From assembly GCA_035534875.1 (NCBI GenBank), contig DATLRB010000013.1, positions 101,315-165,314 of the forward strand: a stretch of DNA of 64,000 nt, in the 5' to 3' direction. The first letter of the stretch is position 1. Each line of letters starts with the position of its first letter. The notes under the pieces are model-generated. The model worked only from the letters and a program-made list of their open reading frames with translations, did not search any database and was not told the origin of the DNA. Below are positions 1-9,567 of this stretch, piece by piece. This DNA is from Candidatus Saccharimonadales bacterium. Its GTDB lineage: Bacteria; Chloroflexota; Dormibacteria; Aeolococcales; Aeolococcaceae. The translations under genes and the position numbers were made by a program.

Positions 1-79
1 CCATGGCCCCGAGCAGCATGCCCCATCCCAGCTTGACGGTGATCACCTTTCGCCACTCGGCGCGGAGCAGGTGGATCAC
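1..79 (-). CDS. ABC-2 family transporter permease, N-terminal fragment (gene continues beyond the window start)
   Basis: Minus-strand GTG at 79-77 overlaps the TGA of the upstream ATPase gene (GTGA). Reading to the window edge gives VIHLLRAEWRKVITVKLGWGMLLGAM, which resembles the start of the permease that normally follows this ATPase type. Only 26 codons are visible. Confidence 0.45.
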   Translation of the reverse strand, partial: MIHLLRAEWRKVITVKLGWGMLLGAM

Positions 80-990
80 GGGCTCGGCCCCGGTTGTGCG
101 TTCGGCTCAGCGGTCAACCTCAGGAAGGTCTCCTCCAGGCTCGAGCTCCCTGCGCGAAGCTCGTGCAGCTCGACGTGGGCTTGCCACGCCGCGCGGCCGA
201 CGTCGGAGGGGGTCGCACCCACGATCGCAAGCGTTCCATCGGGTCGAGGCGTGACGTGGGCATTGAGGGGCCCCACAGCCGTGATCAAAGCATCGGGCGT
301 CGGTGTTCGCACCACGACGCCTGCGCTCGCGCCTTCGAGATCCGACAGTCCCCCCTCGTAGATGAGCCGTCCGCGCGCGATGATCACAACCCGGTCGACC
401 GTCTGCTCGACTTCCGAGAGCACGTGGCTCGAGATCAGGACCGTCCGTCCGTCCACCTCCGCGAAATGACGGAGGAGGCCCCGCAGCCAGGCGATACCCT
501 CGGGGTCTAGTCCGTTCGCCGGCTCGTCGAGCAGCAGCACCCTCGGATTTCCCAGAAGTGCCGTGGCCAGTCCGAGCCGCTGGCGCATTCCGAGGGAGAA
601 GCCCCGCACCGCGTATCGGGCTGCCTGCGTCAGCCCAACCCATTCGAGCACCTCGTCCGCTCGCTTGTCCGGAAGCCCAGCCGCGGCGCAGAAGACACGC
701 AGATGGTTGCGAGCCGACCGGCCCGGGTGGAAGCTGGTCGCCTCCAGAACGGCGCCGACCGTTCGGCCCGGGGCGGGGAGATGCGCGTAGGTGACACCGC
801 TGATCGTCCCGGTGCCCGAGGTGGGTGTGGCCAGTCCGAGGATCATTCGAAGGGTCGTCGTCTTGCCCGCCCCGTTGGGGCCGAGGAACCCGGTCACCGA
901 TCCCGGCTCGACACTGAAGGACAGCCCATCCACCGCCTTGACCTCGCCGAACATCTTGGTCAGGCGTGTCGCCACGATGCGACCCTCCAC
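76..990 (-). CDS. ABC transporter ATP-binding protein (ABC-2/DrrA-like)
   Basis: Track ORF 76..1041. Walker A GPNGAGKTT, signature/Walker B region FSLGMRQRLGLATALLGNPRVLLLDEPANGLD, H-loop SSHVL. I prefer GTG 990 (VEGRIVATRLTKMFG), 17 nt after the HxlR stop. ATG 1041 would overlap that gene by 34 nt. Confidence 0.9.
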   Translation of the reverse strand: MEGRIVATRLTKMFGEVKAVDGLSFSVEPGSVTGFLGPNGAGKTTTLRMILGLATPTSGTGTISGVTYAHLPAPGRTVGAVLEATSFHPGRSARNHLRVFCAAAGLPDKRADEVLEWVGLTQAARYAVRGFSLGMRQRLGLATALLGNPRVLLLDEPANGLDPEGIAWLRGLLRHFAEVDGRTVLISSHVLSEVEQTVDRVVIIARGRLIYEGGLSDLEGASAGVVVRTPTPDALITAVGPLNAHVTPRPDGTLAIVGATPSDVGRAAWQAHVELHELRAGSSSLEETFLRLTAEPNAQPGPSP

Positions 991-1007
991 CCCGCTGGGA
1001 TCGCCGC

Positions 1008-1394
1008 TCACCCCGCCGTGCCCAGGTGCGCCTGCGCCCACGCGCCCAGTGCCGTCAGTGCCGGCCGGAGCGCTTCGCCGCTCGGCGTGAGCCGGTAGAG
1101 CGAGGCGATCGGTGGGCCTTCAAGCACCTCACGGGTCAGCAGCCCCGCGCCTTTGAGCTCGGTGAGGCGGGCCGAGAGCATGCTCTCGGTGATCCCGGGG
1201 ATCGCGCGCGCGATCTCGGCGAACCGAGCCGGACGCTCGAGGAGCACGCCGATCACAAGCCCCGTCCACCGCTTCCCGAGGACGCCGAAGACCGACGTCA
1301 GCGCCTCGTCGCACTGAATCGCGGCCGCGCGGCAATCGTCGTCCATAACAAGCTCATGGTACCTGCTGTCGTCGTGCCGGCTAGCAACTTGCAT
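1008..1394 (-). CDS. HxlR-family winged-helix transcriptional regulator
   Basis: GKRWTGLVIGVLLERPARFAEIARAIPGITESMLSARLTELKGAGLL is the HxlR-type wHTH pattern. Co-directional with and directly upstream of the ABC genes. Alternative start at ATG 1346. Confidence 0.85.
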   Translation of the reverse strand: MQVASRHDDSRYHELVMDDDCRAAAIQCDEALTSVFGVLGKRWTGLVIGVLLERPARFAEIARAIPGITESMLSARLTELKGAGLLTREVLEGPPIASLYRLTPSGEALRPALTALGAWAQAHLGTAG

Positions 1395-1651
1395 TACGCT
1401 AGTTACGAGCGAAGCCCACGCCGAGAGGCAATCGTGAGTCCGAATAGCCCCGGTGCCGGCGCCGCTCGCCGTGAATCGGCGGATATCGCGGTGCCGTCAT
1501 GGCGTTTGCCGAGCGGATGACCACTTTGCTACCGAACAACGCGGCGCTGTCGCGGACTGACGGGTAAGTGCGTTTGCGTACAGACCGCGCCGCGGGCTCC
1601 TACCAACGTGATCAGCAGCCATCGCTCCATTCACGCTCACGGTGACTCTCA

Positions 1652-3622
1652 GTGTCGATACGGACTCCTCACGCGTCACGCATCCAGGTGCTGGATGGCG
1701 ACATCCATCGGACTGTCCGCGAGCGCGGACGCGAGGTCTTGGGACGCGTCGACCGGCCGCTCCTGGTACACGCCGGCGACCCGGCTGAGCCGTTGTTGGT
1801 CCGCGCGCTGGCGCTGTTCAACGAGTCGGACGATCTCGATACGACCCTTCGTTCGGCCCTGGCCATGGTGACGACGGCGCTCGACGGACGCATCGGAGAG
1901 ATCTGGTTGCGCGGTGGCACGGCGCGCGACGTCGAACTGTGCTATTCGTCCTCCGACGGAACGCCGTTTGTGGCAGCTTTCGAAGCCGAAGGAAGGGCAT
2001 TGGGACGCGGTGCGGGCCCGGCGCTCATCAGCCGGGTCGTCAGGACCGGCCGAGGGTCACCCCTGGCATCGGTGATTGCCGGCGGACAGGGCGGCCGAGT
2101 AGCCGAGGCAGCGGCCGCTGATATTCACAGCGCTCTGACCTTCCCCATCGGGGGCAAGGACAGCGTCGTCGGGGTCCTCGTCGTCTTCCGTGAGTCGACG
2201 GTGCGCTCGAACCGCCCGGCGCTCGCCGCGATGCCTGAGATCTCCCGCCACCTCGGACGGTTCATCGAACGGGTACGCGCCGAGTCAGCGATCCATGCGG
2301 CGGCGATGGAGTTGGCGGCCCTCGCGGCCACCGACGCGCTCACCGGCCTCAAGAATCGGCGCGAGTTCGACCGCGCGATGCGCACCATCCCTCGCCTCCC
2401 GTTTGCGGTGCTCTCCCTCGACGTCGACCGCCTCAAGGACATCAATGACTCCGAAGGTCATGGAGCGGGCGACGCGTTGCTCCGCGTCGTCGGGCACACG
2501 CTCGGTCTGCTGGTCCGCGGGTGGGACGTCATGGCACGGATCGGTGGTGACGAGTTCGCGGCACTCCTGCCCGAGGTCGGCGTCTTTGGCGCTCACCTGG
2601 TCGCTGAACGCATGCGCATCGCAATGCACTCTCTGATCCTGCCGTCCGGACCGGTCCGCATCACCGTCGGATGGAGCGCGGCGCCGGCGGGCGCGGACCC
2701 GCTCTCCGTCTGGCAGCGGGCCGACGAGGCGCTCTACGACGCCAAGCGAGCCGGCGGCGACCGGGTCGCGGGTTCACCGTATGAGGGTGGCGGCGAGGCT
2801 TCCGACATTGCGGAGCGGTCGTACTCCGACGTCGTCACTCGCATCCTCGAAGGCGGGGTGATCTCGACCATGTTCCAGCCGATTGTCAGCCTCGACAACG
2901 GCGCGGTCATGGGATACGAAGCGCTGGCGCGACCGGAGGGATTCGCCGCCATGGACTCGGTCGAGCCCGTCTTCGAAGCCGCCCGAACCGGCGGTCGGAT
3001 CCGGGACCTCGATTGGGTGTGCCGCCGCAAGGCGGTCGAGGATGCCAGGCAGCTTCCGCAGAGCACCCCGTTATTCCTGAACATCAGCGCGGCTGCGTTG
3101 CTCGACCCGGTGCACGGCGTTGATCAGCTTCTGATGCTCCTCAGCAACGCCGGGCGAGCGCCCGCGACCGTGATCCTCGAGATCACCGAACATGAACGCA
3201 TTCGTGACTACGACGTGCTCGCGGGCACCCTCGCCGCCTATCGCGCCGAGGGGATCCGATTCGCTCTCGATGATGTCGGCGAGGGACACTCCACACTCGA
3301 ACTGCTCGCAGCATCGTCGAGCGAATTCCTCAAGCTCGGTCGCAGTCTCACCATGACCTCCACCAGGGTCGGATCACGCGCTGCGATGGATGCGACCATG
3401 GCGTTTGCGCGCGTGAGCCGCGCGACTGTTATTGCCGAGGGTGTCGAGAACGAGTTCGTCGCCGACCTCATGAAGGCAAGCGGTATCACGCTCGGCCAGG
3501 GATTCGGGCTGGGCAAGCCCACCGTGGCGGCGGATATCGAGGATGTCGCCACCGCGCTGGCCGAGCGGGCGGCCCTCAGTTCGCTCCGGCCCCGTCCTGC
3601 GACGGTGCGCTCGCTCAGTTAG
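1652..3622 (+). CDS. GAF-GGDEF-EAL signalling protein (diguanylate cyclase/phosphodiesterase)
   Basis: GGDEF domain (LTGLKNRREF, active site RIGGDEFAALL) followed by an EAL domain (YEALARP, DDVGEGHSTLELL, QGFGLGKP). The N-terminal ~200 aa look like a GAF-type sensor. The start (GTG 1652) is uncertain. Confidence 0.9.
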   Translation: MSIRTPHASRIQVLDGDIHRTVRERGREVLGRVDRPLLVHAGDPAEPLLVRALALFNESDDLDTTLRSALAMVTTALDGRIGEIWLRGGTARDVELCYSSSDGTPFVAAFEAEGRALGRGAGPALISRVVRTGRGSPLASVIAGGQGGRVAEAAAADIHSALTFPIGGKDSVVGVLVVFRESTVRSNRPALAAMPEISRHLGRFIERVRAESAIHAAAMELAALAATDALTGLKNRREFDRAMRTIPRLPFAVLSLDVDRLKDINDSEGHGAGDALLRVVGHTLGLLVRGWDVMARIGGDEFAALLPEVGVFGAHLVAERMRIAMHSLILPSGPVRITVGWSAAPAGADPLSVWQRADEALYDAKRAGGDRVAGSPYEGGGEASDIAERSYSDVVTRILEGGVISTMFQPIVSLDNGAVMGYEALARPEGFAAMDSVEPVFEAARTGGRIRDLDWVCRRKAVEDARQLPQSTPLFLNISAAALLDPVHGVDQLLMLLSNAGRAPATVILEITEHERIRDYDVLAGTLAAYRAEGIRFALDDVGEGHSTLELLAASSSEFLKLGRSLTMTSTRVGSRAAMDATMAFARVSRATVIAEGVENEFVADLMKASGITLGQGFGLGKPTVAADIEDVATALAERAALSSLRPRPATVRSLS

Positions 3623-3895
3623 CCGGTGGCGCCGCGCTCCACACCGGCCGGGTGAGCGCGGGCGGCGGGCGCCGCTGCGGGATCCGGCGCCAGTTCCGCG
3701 CGCAGGGCTGCTGCGCACATGCCAGTGAGCGCGATGGGGCACACCGCACGGCTGCCCCCACCGCGAGCACTGCCACGAGGTCGTTCATTCCCTTCCTGGG
3801 CGCACAAGGTGTTCCATCGCAAGGGAATGGGTCTGTTCGTCAGCGTACATACGAGCCCGCCGTTCCGTACTGTCACAACTGTCACGACCGGCGCC

Positions 3896-4726
3896 TCACC
3901 CAGCTGTGATCAGGGCCACCGCGACCATCGCCGCCCCGACTCCCACGAACTGCGGGGTGCGCAGGCGCTCCCCCAGCACAGCCATCGAACACAGCACGGT
4001 CGAGACCGGGTACAGGGACACGAGCACCGCAACGATGCTCAGCAGGCCACCGTGAACCGCGAGCAGGTACAGCGCATTGGCGGTGACGTCGAGCGCGCCG
4101 GCCCCGAGGATCACGAGCGGATGGGCGGCGCCGAAGCTCGGGGCAGTCCGCGTGATACCTGAGGCCCCCAGCAGCACCGCCACCGAAGCGCCGCGCGCGG
4201 CCACCAGGGGCCACAGGTTTGCTCCCATCGACGTCCTCGCGATGGCGACGTAGAACAGCCCGAACCCGATGCCGGCGCCGAGTGCGAGCAGCAGCGTCCC
4301 ACGACCGAGCCGTGCACCCCTGCTTCCGCCCCCGCTGAGGAGCGCGACAGCCAAGACCGCCGCAACGATGCCCGCGTACTGGAGCGCCGCAGGACGCTCG
4401 CCGGTTCCGACGCCAACGGCAATGGGCACGACCACAGCGACCACGCCGGTGATCGGCGCGACCAGCGACATGGCGCCCGAGGCGAGGCCCCGATAGAGCA
4501 TGGCGACACCGGCCGCTCCCGCCAGCCCGGCGATGGCGCCGTAGCCGAGGTCGGCGCCACTCGGGTTGCCTCCGAGTACCTGGGCGACGCAGAGCATGCC
4601 CACCAGACCGATGCCCTGCGAGATCAGCAGCACGGAGAGCAACGACGCGGCGCGGTTTGCAAGTCCGCCCAGGAAATCCCCGCAGCCCCAGAACGCCGCC
4701 GCGCCGAGCGCCAGTGCGATGCTCAG
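3896..4726 (-). CDS. EamA/DMT family transporter (start probably a non-canonical CTG at 4726; first canonical start is TTG 4642)
   Basis: Polytopic Gly/Ala/Leu-rich sequence with two EamA-like halves. The 28 in-frame codons upstream of the track start read [28 protein letters not shown], a typical EamA first helix, and contain no ATG, GTG or TTG. The CTG overlaps the fadD stop (CTGA). Confidence 0.75.
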   Translation of the reverse strand: MSIALALGAAAFWGCGDFLGGLANRAASLLSVLLISQGIGLVGMLCVAQVLGGNPSGADLGYGAIAGLAGAAGVAMLYRGLASGAMSLVAPITGVVAVVVPIAVGVGTGERPAALQYAGIVAAVLAVALLSGGGSRGARLGRGTLLLALGAGIGFGLFYVAIARTSMGANLWPLVAARGASVAVLLGASGITRTAPSFGAAHPLVILGAGALDVTANALYLLAVHGGLLSIVAVLVSLYPVSTVLCSMAVLGERLRTPQFVGVGAAMVAVALITAG

Positions 4727-6357
4727 GCGGTCGTCACCGACGCCGCCGCGTGCAATCCCAGCTCGTCGACGGATGCCTCGCGCATGAGGTACTTCTGCAC
4801 CTTCCCCGTCACGGTCATGGGAAAGGATTCAACGAACTTCCAGTACCGCGGGATCTTGTTGGACGCGATTCGGCCGCGGCAGAACGCCCCGAGCGATTCG
4901 GCGGTCGGCGTCGCACCGTCTTTCGGCTTCACCCAGGCCATCACCTCTTCGCCATACCGCTCGGAAGGAACCCCGATGACCTGAACGTCGCTGACGTCGG
5001 GATGCGTGTACAGGAACTCCTCGATCTCGCGCGGATAGATGTTCTCGCCGCCACGAATGATCATGTCCTTGATGCGCCCCACGATATTCACATAGCCGGC
5101 TTCGTCCATGGTCGCAAGGTCGCCGGTGTGCATCCAGTGCCCGGCGTCGATCGCGCCGGCGGTCGCGGCGTCATTGTTCCAGTATCCGAGCATGACGCTG
5201 TAGCCGCGGGTGCAGAGCTCGCCCGATTCCCCGCGCTGGACGACGCGGTCCGTCTCGGGATCGACAATCTTGACCTCGACGTGCGGATGCACCCGCCCCA
5301 CCGTCCCCACCCGCTTCTCGAGCGGATCATCAAGCGCGCTCTGTGTCGACACCGGTGAGGTCTCGGTCATGCCGTAGCAGATGGTCACCTCACGCATATT
5401 CATATGAGACTGCACCTTCTTCATGACCCAGACGGGGCACGGCGAGCCGGCCATGATCCCCGTGCGCAGCCGGCTCAGGTCATGCTCTCCGAACCCCGGA
5501 TGGTCCAGTTCCGCGATGAACATCGTGGGCACGCCGTAGAGCGAGGTGCAGCGTTCCTGCTCCGCAATCCGGAGAGCGGCGTCGGCGTCGAACGCCTCCC
5601 CCGGAACCACGATGCACGCTCCATGCGTCGTGCATGCGAGGTTCCCCAGCACCATCCCGAAGCAGTGATAGAACGGTACCGGGATGCAGACACGGTCCTC
5701 GGACGTGTACTTGACGGTCTCCCCGACGAAGAAGCCGTTGTTCAGGATGTTGTGATGGGACAGCGTCGCGCCCTTCGGGAATCCCGTGGTCCCCGACGTG
5801 TACTGAATGTTGATCGGGTCATCGAATTGCAGGCCGGTCTCGACCTCCGTCAGCTGCTCCTCGGAGATCTGGCCACCCTCTCGAAGGAGCGATTCCCAGC
5901 CATCCTCGAACACCAGCGCCTCCCGAAGCTCGGGGCAAGCGCCCTTCACCTCGCCGAGCATGCGCACGTAGTCGGCCTGACGGAATGCCCGGGCGAGGAG
6001 CAGAAATGAGACGCCGGACTGCCTGAGCGCGTATTCCAGCTCCGTCGTCCGGTACGCCGGGTTGATGTTGACGAGAATCGCCCCGATGCGGGCGGTGGCA
6101 TATTGGACGACCACCCATTCGAAGCGATTCGGCGACCAGATCCCAACCCGGTCTCCCGGGCCGACGCCCCGGGCGATGAGGCCTCGCGCCACGAGCGAGG
6201 TCTGCTCCCAGAGCTCCCGGTAGGTCGCCCGATAGTCCTGGTGCGGTACGACGAGCGCCTCGCTGTCACCATGCCGCTCGACGGTGCGCCTCAGGTTCTC
6301 GCCGACGGTCTCGCCGAGCAGCGGTAGTGAACTCGGACCGGATGCATACGAGAGCAA
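4723..6357 (-). CDS. AMP-dependent acyl-CoA synthetase/ligase (FadD-like)
   Basis: AMP-binding motifs [12 protein letters not shown] and [23 protein letters not shown] start preceded by GAGGAGG. Confidence 0.9.
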   Translation of the reverse strand: MLSYASGPSSLPLLGETVGENLRRTVERHGDSEALVVPHQDYRATYRELWEQTSLVARGLIARGVGPGDRVGIWSPNRFEWVVVQYATARIGAILVNINPAYRTTELEYALRQSGVSFLLLARAFRQADYVRMLGEVKGACPELREALVFEDGWESLLREGGQISEEQLTEVETGLQFDDPINIQYTSGTTGFPKGATLSHHNILNNGFFVGETVKYTSEDRVCIPVPFYHCFGMVLGNLACTTHGACIVVPGEAFDADAALRIAEQERCTSLYGVPTMFIAELDHPGFGEHDLSRLRTGIMAGSPCPVWVMKKVQSHMNMREVTICYGMTETSPVSTQSALDDPLEKRVGTVGRVHPHVEVKIVDPETDRVVQRGESGELCTRGYSVMLGYWNNDAATAGAIDAGHWMHTGDLATMDEAGYVNIVGRIKDMIIRGGENIYPREIEEFLYTHPDVSDVQVIGVPSERYGEEVMAWVKPKDGATPTAESLGAFCRGRIASNKIPRYWKFVESFPMTVTGKVQKYLMREASVDELGLHAAASVTTA

Positions 6358-6392
6358 GCTGCGTCGACCTCCTCGTCACGTGTTGACACGGT

Positions 6393-6409
6393 CTGTGCGC
6401 GGCGCACAG
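6393..6409. promoter_or_regulatory. Perfect 17-bp palindrome upstream of fadD
   Basis: CTGTGCGC-G-GCGCACAG (8-bp arms), 36 nt upstream of the fadD TTG. Next to a second dyad, CGTGTTGACACG, at 6379-6390. Confidence 0.35.
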
Positions 6410-6460
6410 CGCAACGATACGCGGCATGAGCGAACCGCACGAGGTGCTGTTGCTGACGCC

Positions 6461-7786
6461 TCAGACTGTCACGCCGGGGTGTTCTATGGCGTCGGTCATC
6501 CCGTCCACGGCGGCGCGAGCGCCGGGGTGGGTCGCGGATGCCGTCTGGTCGCCTCCAGAGCGTGGGTGCAGAAGCCCGAGCCTGGTCATGGCGAGAAGGC
6601 CGATCGCGGCCGCCGCGAAGCAGGAGAGTCCGCCGACGCCGAGTCCGATGCGCGCACCCGCGATCGCGACCACCCAGCCGATGAGCGGGCCACCCACGGG
6701 GGTTGACCCCATGAAGCCCACCGCCCACAGCGCCATCACGCGGCCACGCATCGATGGCGCGGCCTCGAGCTGGAGCGTCGAATTCCCGGTGGCGAGGAAG
6801 GTCACACTCGACCACCCCATTGCCGCCAGCGCGACGAACGCGAGGGCCAGCACCGGTGAGAACGCCGCACAGAGGATCGCGACGCCGAAGCCGGCGGCGG
6901 CAAGGGTCAGCGGGCGCAAGCCGGTACGTCCACGCGTCGCGGTCACGAGACCGCCGGCCACCGCCCCAACTCCCATCGCGGCAGTGAGGAACCCATACGT
7001 GGCGGCGTTACCGCCGAAGGAGTCCTTTGCCAGCACCGGCAGGGTGACCTGGAACTCGTATGCGAGCGTCCCGACGATCGCCATCATCAGCAGCGGGACG
7101 CCGAGGCGAGGCTCGCGTGCGACGTAGCGGAATCCCTCGCGAAGCTGTCCACGTGCTCGAGACATTGGCGCACTCGGTGTCAGTGCGGTCGTGTCCATCG
7201 ACACCAGCGAGTAGACGACGGCCACGAAGCTGATCGCGTTGACCAGGAAGCAGACGCCGATACCGACTGTGGCGATGAGCAAGCCCGCGATCGCAGGTCC
7301 GACGGCGCGAGCGCCGTTCACCATTGTCGAGTTGAGGCTCACGGCGTTTCGGACGTCGCCCGCTCCCACCATCTCGCGGACGAAGGATTGGCGCGCGGGA
7401 TTCTCGAAGCAATTGTTGAGGCCGAGCACGACAGCCAGGGCGCAGATCTCCCAGAACACCACCACGTGGGTCACGACGAGAATCCCAAGCACCAGCGCCT
7501 GCACCCCCATCAGCGACTGCAGCACGATCATGAGCTGTCGTTTGTCGACACGGTCGGCGATGACGCCACCATACGGTCCGAGGATCAGCACCGGCAGCGT
7601 CTGCAGCGCGAGGACGAATCCGATGGCGGTGGCCGAGTGTGTCAGCGTGAAGACCAGCCACGATTGAGCAACCGACTGCATCCAGGTCCCGATCAACGAC
7701 GTGCTCTGACCGAAGAAGAAGCGCCGGAAGTTCGGAATCGAGAGCGCCGAGAACGTACGGCGTGCGACCGCGACGACGCGGTTCAC
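6461..7786 (-). CDS. MFS transporter
   Basis: Polytopic membrane sequence. N-terminus ...IPNFRRFFFGQSTSLIGTWMQSVAQSWLV is typical of EntS-like MFS exporters. GTG 7786 overlaps the MarR stop (GTGA). The longer track ORF (to 7984) adds Arg-rich non-membrane sequence that overlaps marR. Confidence 0.85.
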   Translation of the reverse strand: MNRVVAVARRTFSALSIPNFRRFFFGQSTSLIGTWMQSVAQSWLVFTLTHSATAIGFVLALQTLPVLILGPYGGVIADRVDKRQLMIVLQSLMGVQALVLGILVVTHVVVFWEICALAVVLGLNNCFENPARQSFVREMVGAGDVRNAVSLNSTMVNGARAVGPAIAGLLIATVGIGVCFLVNAISFVAVVYSLVSMDTTALTPSAPMSRARGQLREGFRYVAREPRLGVPLLMMAIVGTLAYEFQVTLPVLAKDSFGGNAATYGFLTAAMGVGAVAGGLVTATRGRTGLRPLTLAAAGFGVAILCAAFSPVLALAFVALAAMGWSSVTFLATGNSTLQLEAAPSMRGRVMALWAVGFMGSTPVGGPLIGWVVAIAGARIGLGVGGLSCFAAAAIGLLAMTRLGLLHPRSGGDQTASATHPGARAAVDGMTDAIEHPGVTV

Positions 7787-8340
7787 CTGCTGCCGACCCG
7801 AGCGGTGGTAGGCGGCTGGTCCACCATCCGATCTGCCAGCGCTTCGAGGACCGGCACGGCACGAGCCAGAGCGCTCCGATCCGCGGCGTTGAGCTCTCGA
7901 AGCAGCCGTGACAGCGCGTCGTTGCGCTCGGATCGAATCCGTTCCAGCAGCCGCCGCCCCTTCGCGTTGATCTCGACACGACACACACGCCGGTCGGCCG
8001 CGCTGGCCAGGCGGCGCATCAGTCCCGCGGCCTCGAGCTTCGGGATGAGCCGCGACAGCATGGTCGGATTGAGCCCCGCGAACCCGGCGAGGTCCGAGAG
8101 GCGCAGCGGCCCGCGGCGATCGATGGCAACCAGGACATCGACCTCGGTCGGGGTGAGCGAGCCCGCCGCAGCGGTGGGCCGGAGCCTTCGGGAGAGGCGA
8201 GCCACCGCGATGCGCAGCCGAGCGGCACTCGTCTCCGCGCCGTCGCCGGCCGTGATTGCCGGCTTCTCGATCACCCCGGTGGCAGTCATCGTCCTGGCCG
8301 CCGGCCTCCCGCGTTCCGATACTTGTTTGCTGGCAAGCAT
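7783..8340 (-). CDS. MarR-family transcriptional regulator
   Basis: wHTH LTPTEVDVLVAIDRRGPLRLSDLAGFAGLNPTMLSRLIPKLEAAGLMRR. ATG 8340 chosen as start; the rest of the 504-aa track ORF is antisense to the agmatinase-family gene. Confidence 0.85.
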   Translation of the reverse strand: MLASKQVSERGRPAARTMTATGVIEKPAITAGDGAETSAARLRIAVARLSRRLRPTAAAGSLTPTEVDVLVAIDRRGPLRLSDLAGFAGLNPTMLSRLIPKLEAAGLMRRLASAADRRVCRVEINAKGRRLLERIRSERNDALSRLLRELNAADRSALARAVPVLEALADRMVDQPPTTARVGSR

Positions 8341-8589
8341 GGTACTCCCCTTGGGGTGTCGACGTCGCGGGCTACAGCCCCGGCGCTGTGCTCTGGCCGA
8401 GGCAGGCCGCCGCGAACGCGGCCATCGACTCGAAGGTCCAATCGGGCGTGACCGCGAACTCCTCACCGACATCGAGTCGGTAATTCTCGTCGGCTCGCCC
8501 TGGTCGATGGGGCGGATGCGCGGGCTGCAAGACATCGTCCCCGAGGAGGTGTGAACCACGGATGACGGGGGCGCGCTAGTCTTCGCCCC

Positions 8590-9567
8590 GTGGAACGGTT
8601 CGACGAGGGGCCCGCCTACCTCGGCCCGACGACGTTTTGCCGGGTTCCCCTGCTCACGAGCCCTGATCAGCTCGACGAGGTGCGCCCGGACGTCGCCATC
8701 ATCGGCGCCCCGTGGGATGAGGGGGTCACCTACCGGCCGGGAGCACGCTTCGGCCCGCGTGCCGTCCGGACCGCTGCGTATCAGAGCGCTGAGTGGCACA
8801 TCGAACTCGACGTCGCGCCGCTCGAGGTGCTGCGAGTCATTGACTACGGCGACGCGCGATGCCTGCCCGGCATGACGGAGATCTCGCATGCCGCCATCCG
8901 CCGGCGTGTCAGCGAGGTCGCCACGCGGGGCATCACTCCCATGGTCATCGGTGGCGACCACTCGATCACCTGGCCGTCGGCAACCGCCGTGGCGGCGGCG
9001 CACCCCCCGGGAAGCGTCGGCATCGTGCACTTCGACGCCCACGCTGACACGGGTGAGGGTCTCTGGGGAAACCTCTACTCGCACGGCTCGCCGATGCGAC
9101 GTCTCATCGAGTCCGGCGCGATTCCAGGCCGCAATTTCGTGCAGGTCGGACTGCGCGGTTACTGGCCCCCCAAGGACGTCTTCGACTGGATGCGCGTACA
9201 GGGAATGCGCTGGCATCTCATGGGCGAGCTGCGCGATCGCGGTGTTGTGCCGGTTATCGAGGAGGCGATCGCGGAAGCACTCGACGGTCCGGAGCACATC
9301 TACCTCTCGGTCGATATCGATGTGCTCGACCCAGGCTTCGCGCCCGGAACCGGAACGCCGGAGCCCGGCGGCATGCAGCCGGTCGACCTGCTCCGCGCCA
9401 TTCGCCAGATCGTGCTGCGCACCGACGTCGTCGCGATGGATCTCGTCGAGGTGTCACCCCCCTACGACTGGGCCGAGCTGACCTCCCAGAACGCGCACCG
9501 TTGCCTGCTCGAGGCCATATCAGCGCTCGCCGTCAAACGTCGCGATCGCGCGCCCGCTGACGTCTGA
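8590..9567 (+). CDS. Agmatinase/ureohydrolase (arginase-fold) family enzyme
   Basis: Mn-binding motifs of the arginase fold: GGDHSITWP, HFDAHADTG, SVDIDVLDPGFAPGTGTPEPGG. Substrate (agmatine or another guanidino compound) cannot be decided from sequence. Confidence 0.9.
   Translation: MERFDEGPAYLGPTTFCRVPLLTSPDQLDEVRPDVAIIGAPWDEGVTYRPGARFGPRAVRTAAYQSAEWHIELDVAPLEVLRVIDYGDARCLPGMTEISHAAIRRRVSEVATRGITPMVIGGDHSITWPSATAVAAAHPPGSVGIVHFDAHADTGEGLWGNLYSHGSPMRRLIESGAIPGRNFVQVGLRGYWPPKDVFDWMRVQGMRWHLMGELRDRGVVPVIEEAIAEALDGPEHIYLSVDIDVLDPGFAPGTGTPEPGGMQPVDLLRAIRQIVLRTDVVAMDLVEVSPPYDWAELTSQNAHRCLLEAISALAVKRRDRAPADV

Noticed and set aside
3786-3829. Inverted repeat CATTCCCTT ... AAGGGAATG in the convergent gap between the GGDEF-EAL and DMT genes, considered as a possible bidirectional terminator or small RNA.
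   Set aside because: The loop is 26 nt, there is no U-tract on either side, and I could not find supporting inner pairing. Too weak to call without a folding calculation.
9520-9567. Convergent 3'-end overlaps: agmatinase-family gene versus MFS gene (48 nt) and ptsH versus ptsI (53644-53664, 21 nt).
   Set aside because: Both partners end at genuine stop codons, and such overlaps are common in compact GC-rich genomes. I see no evidence of a special function.
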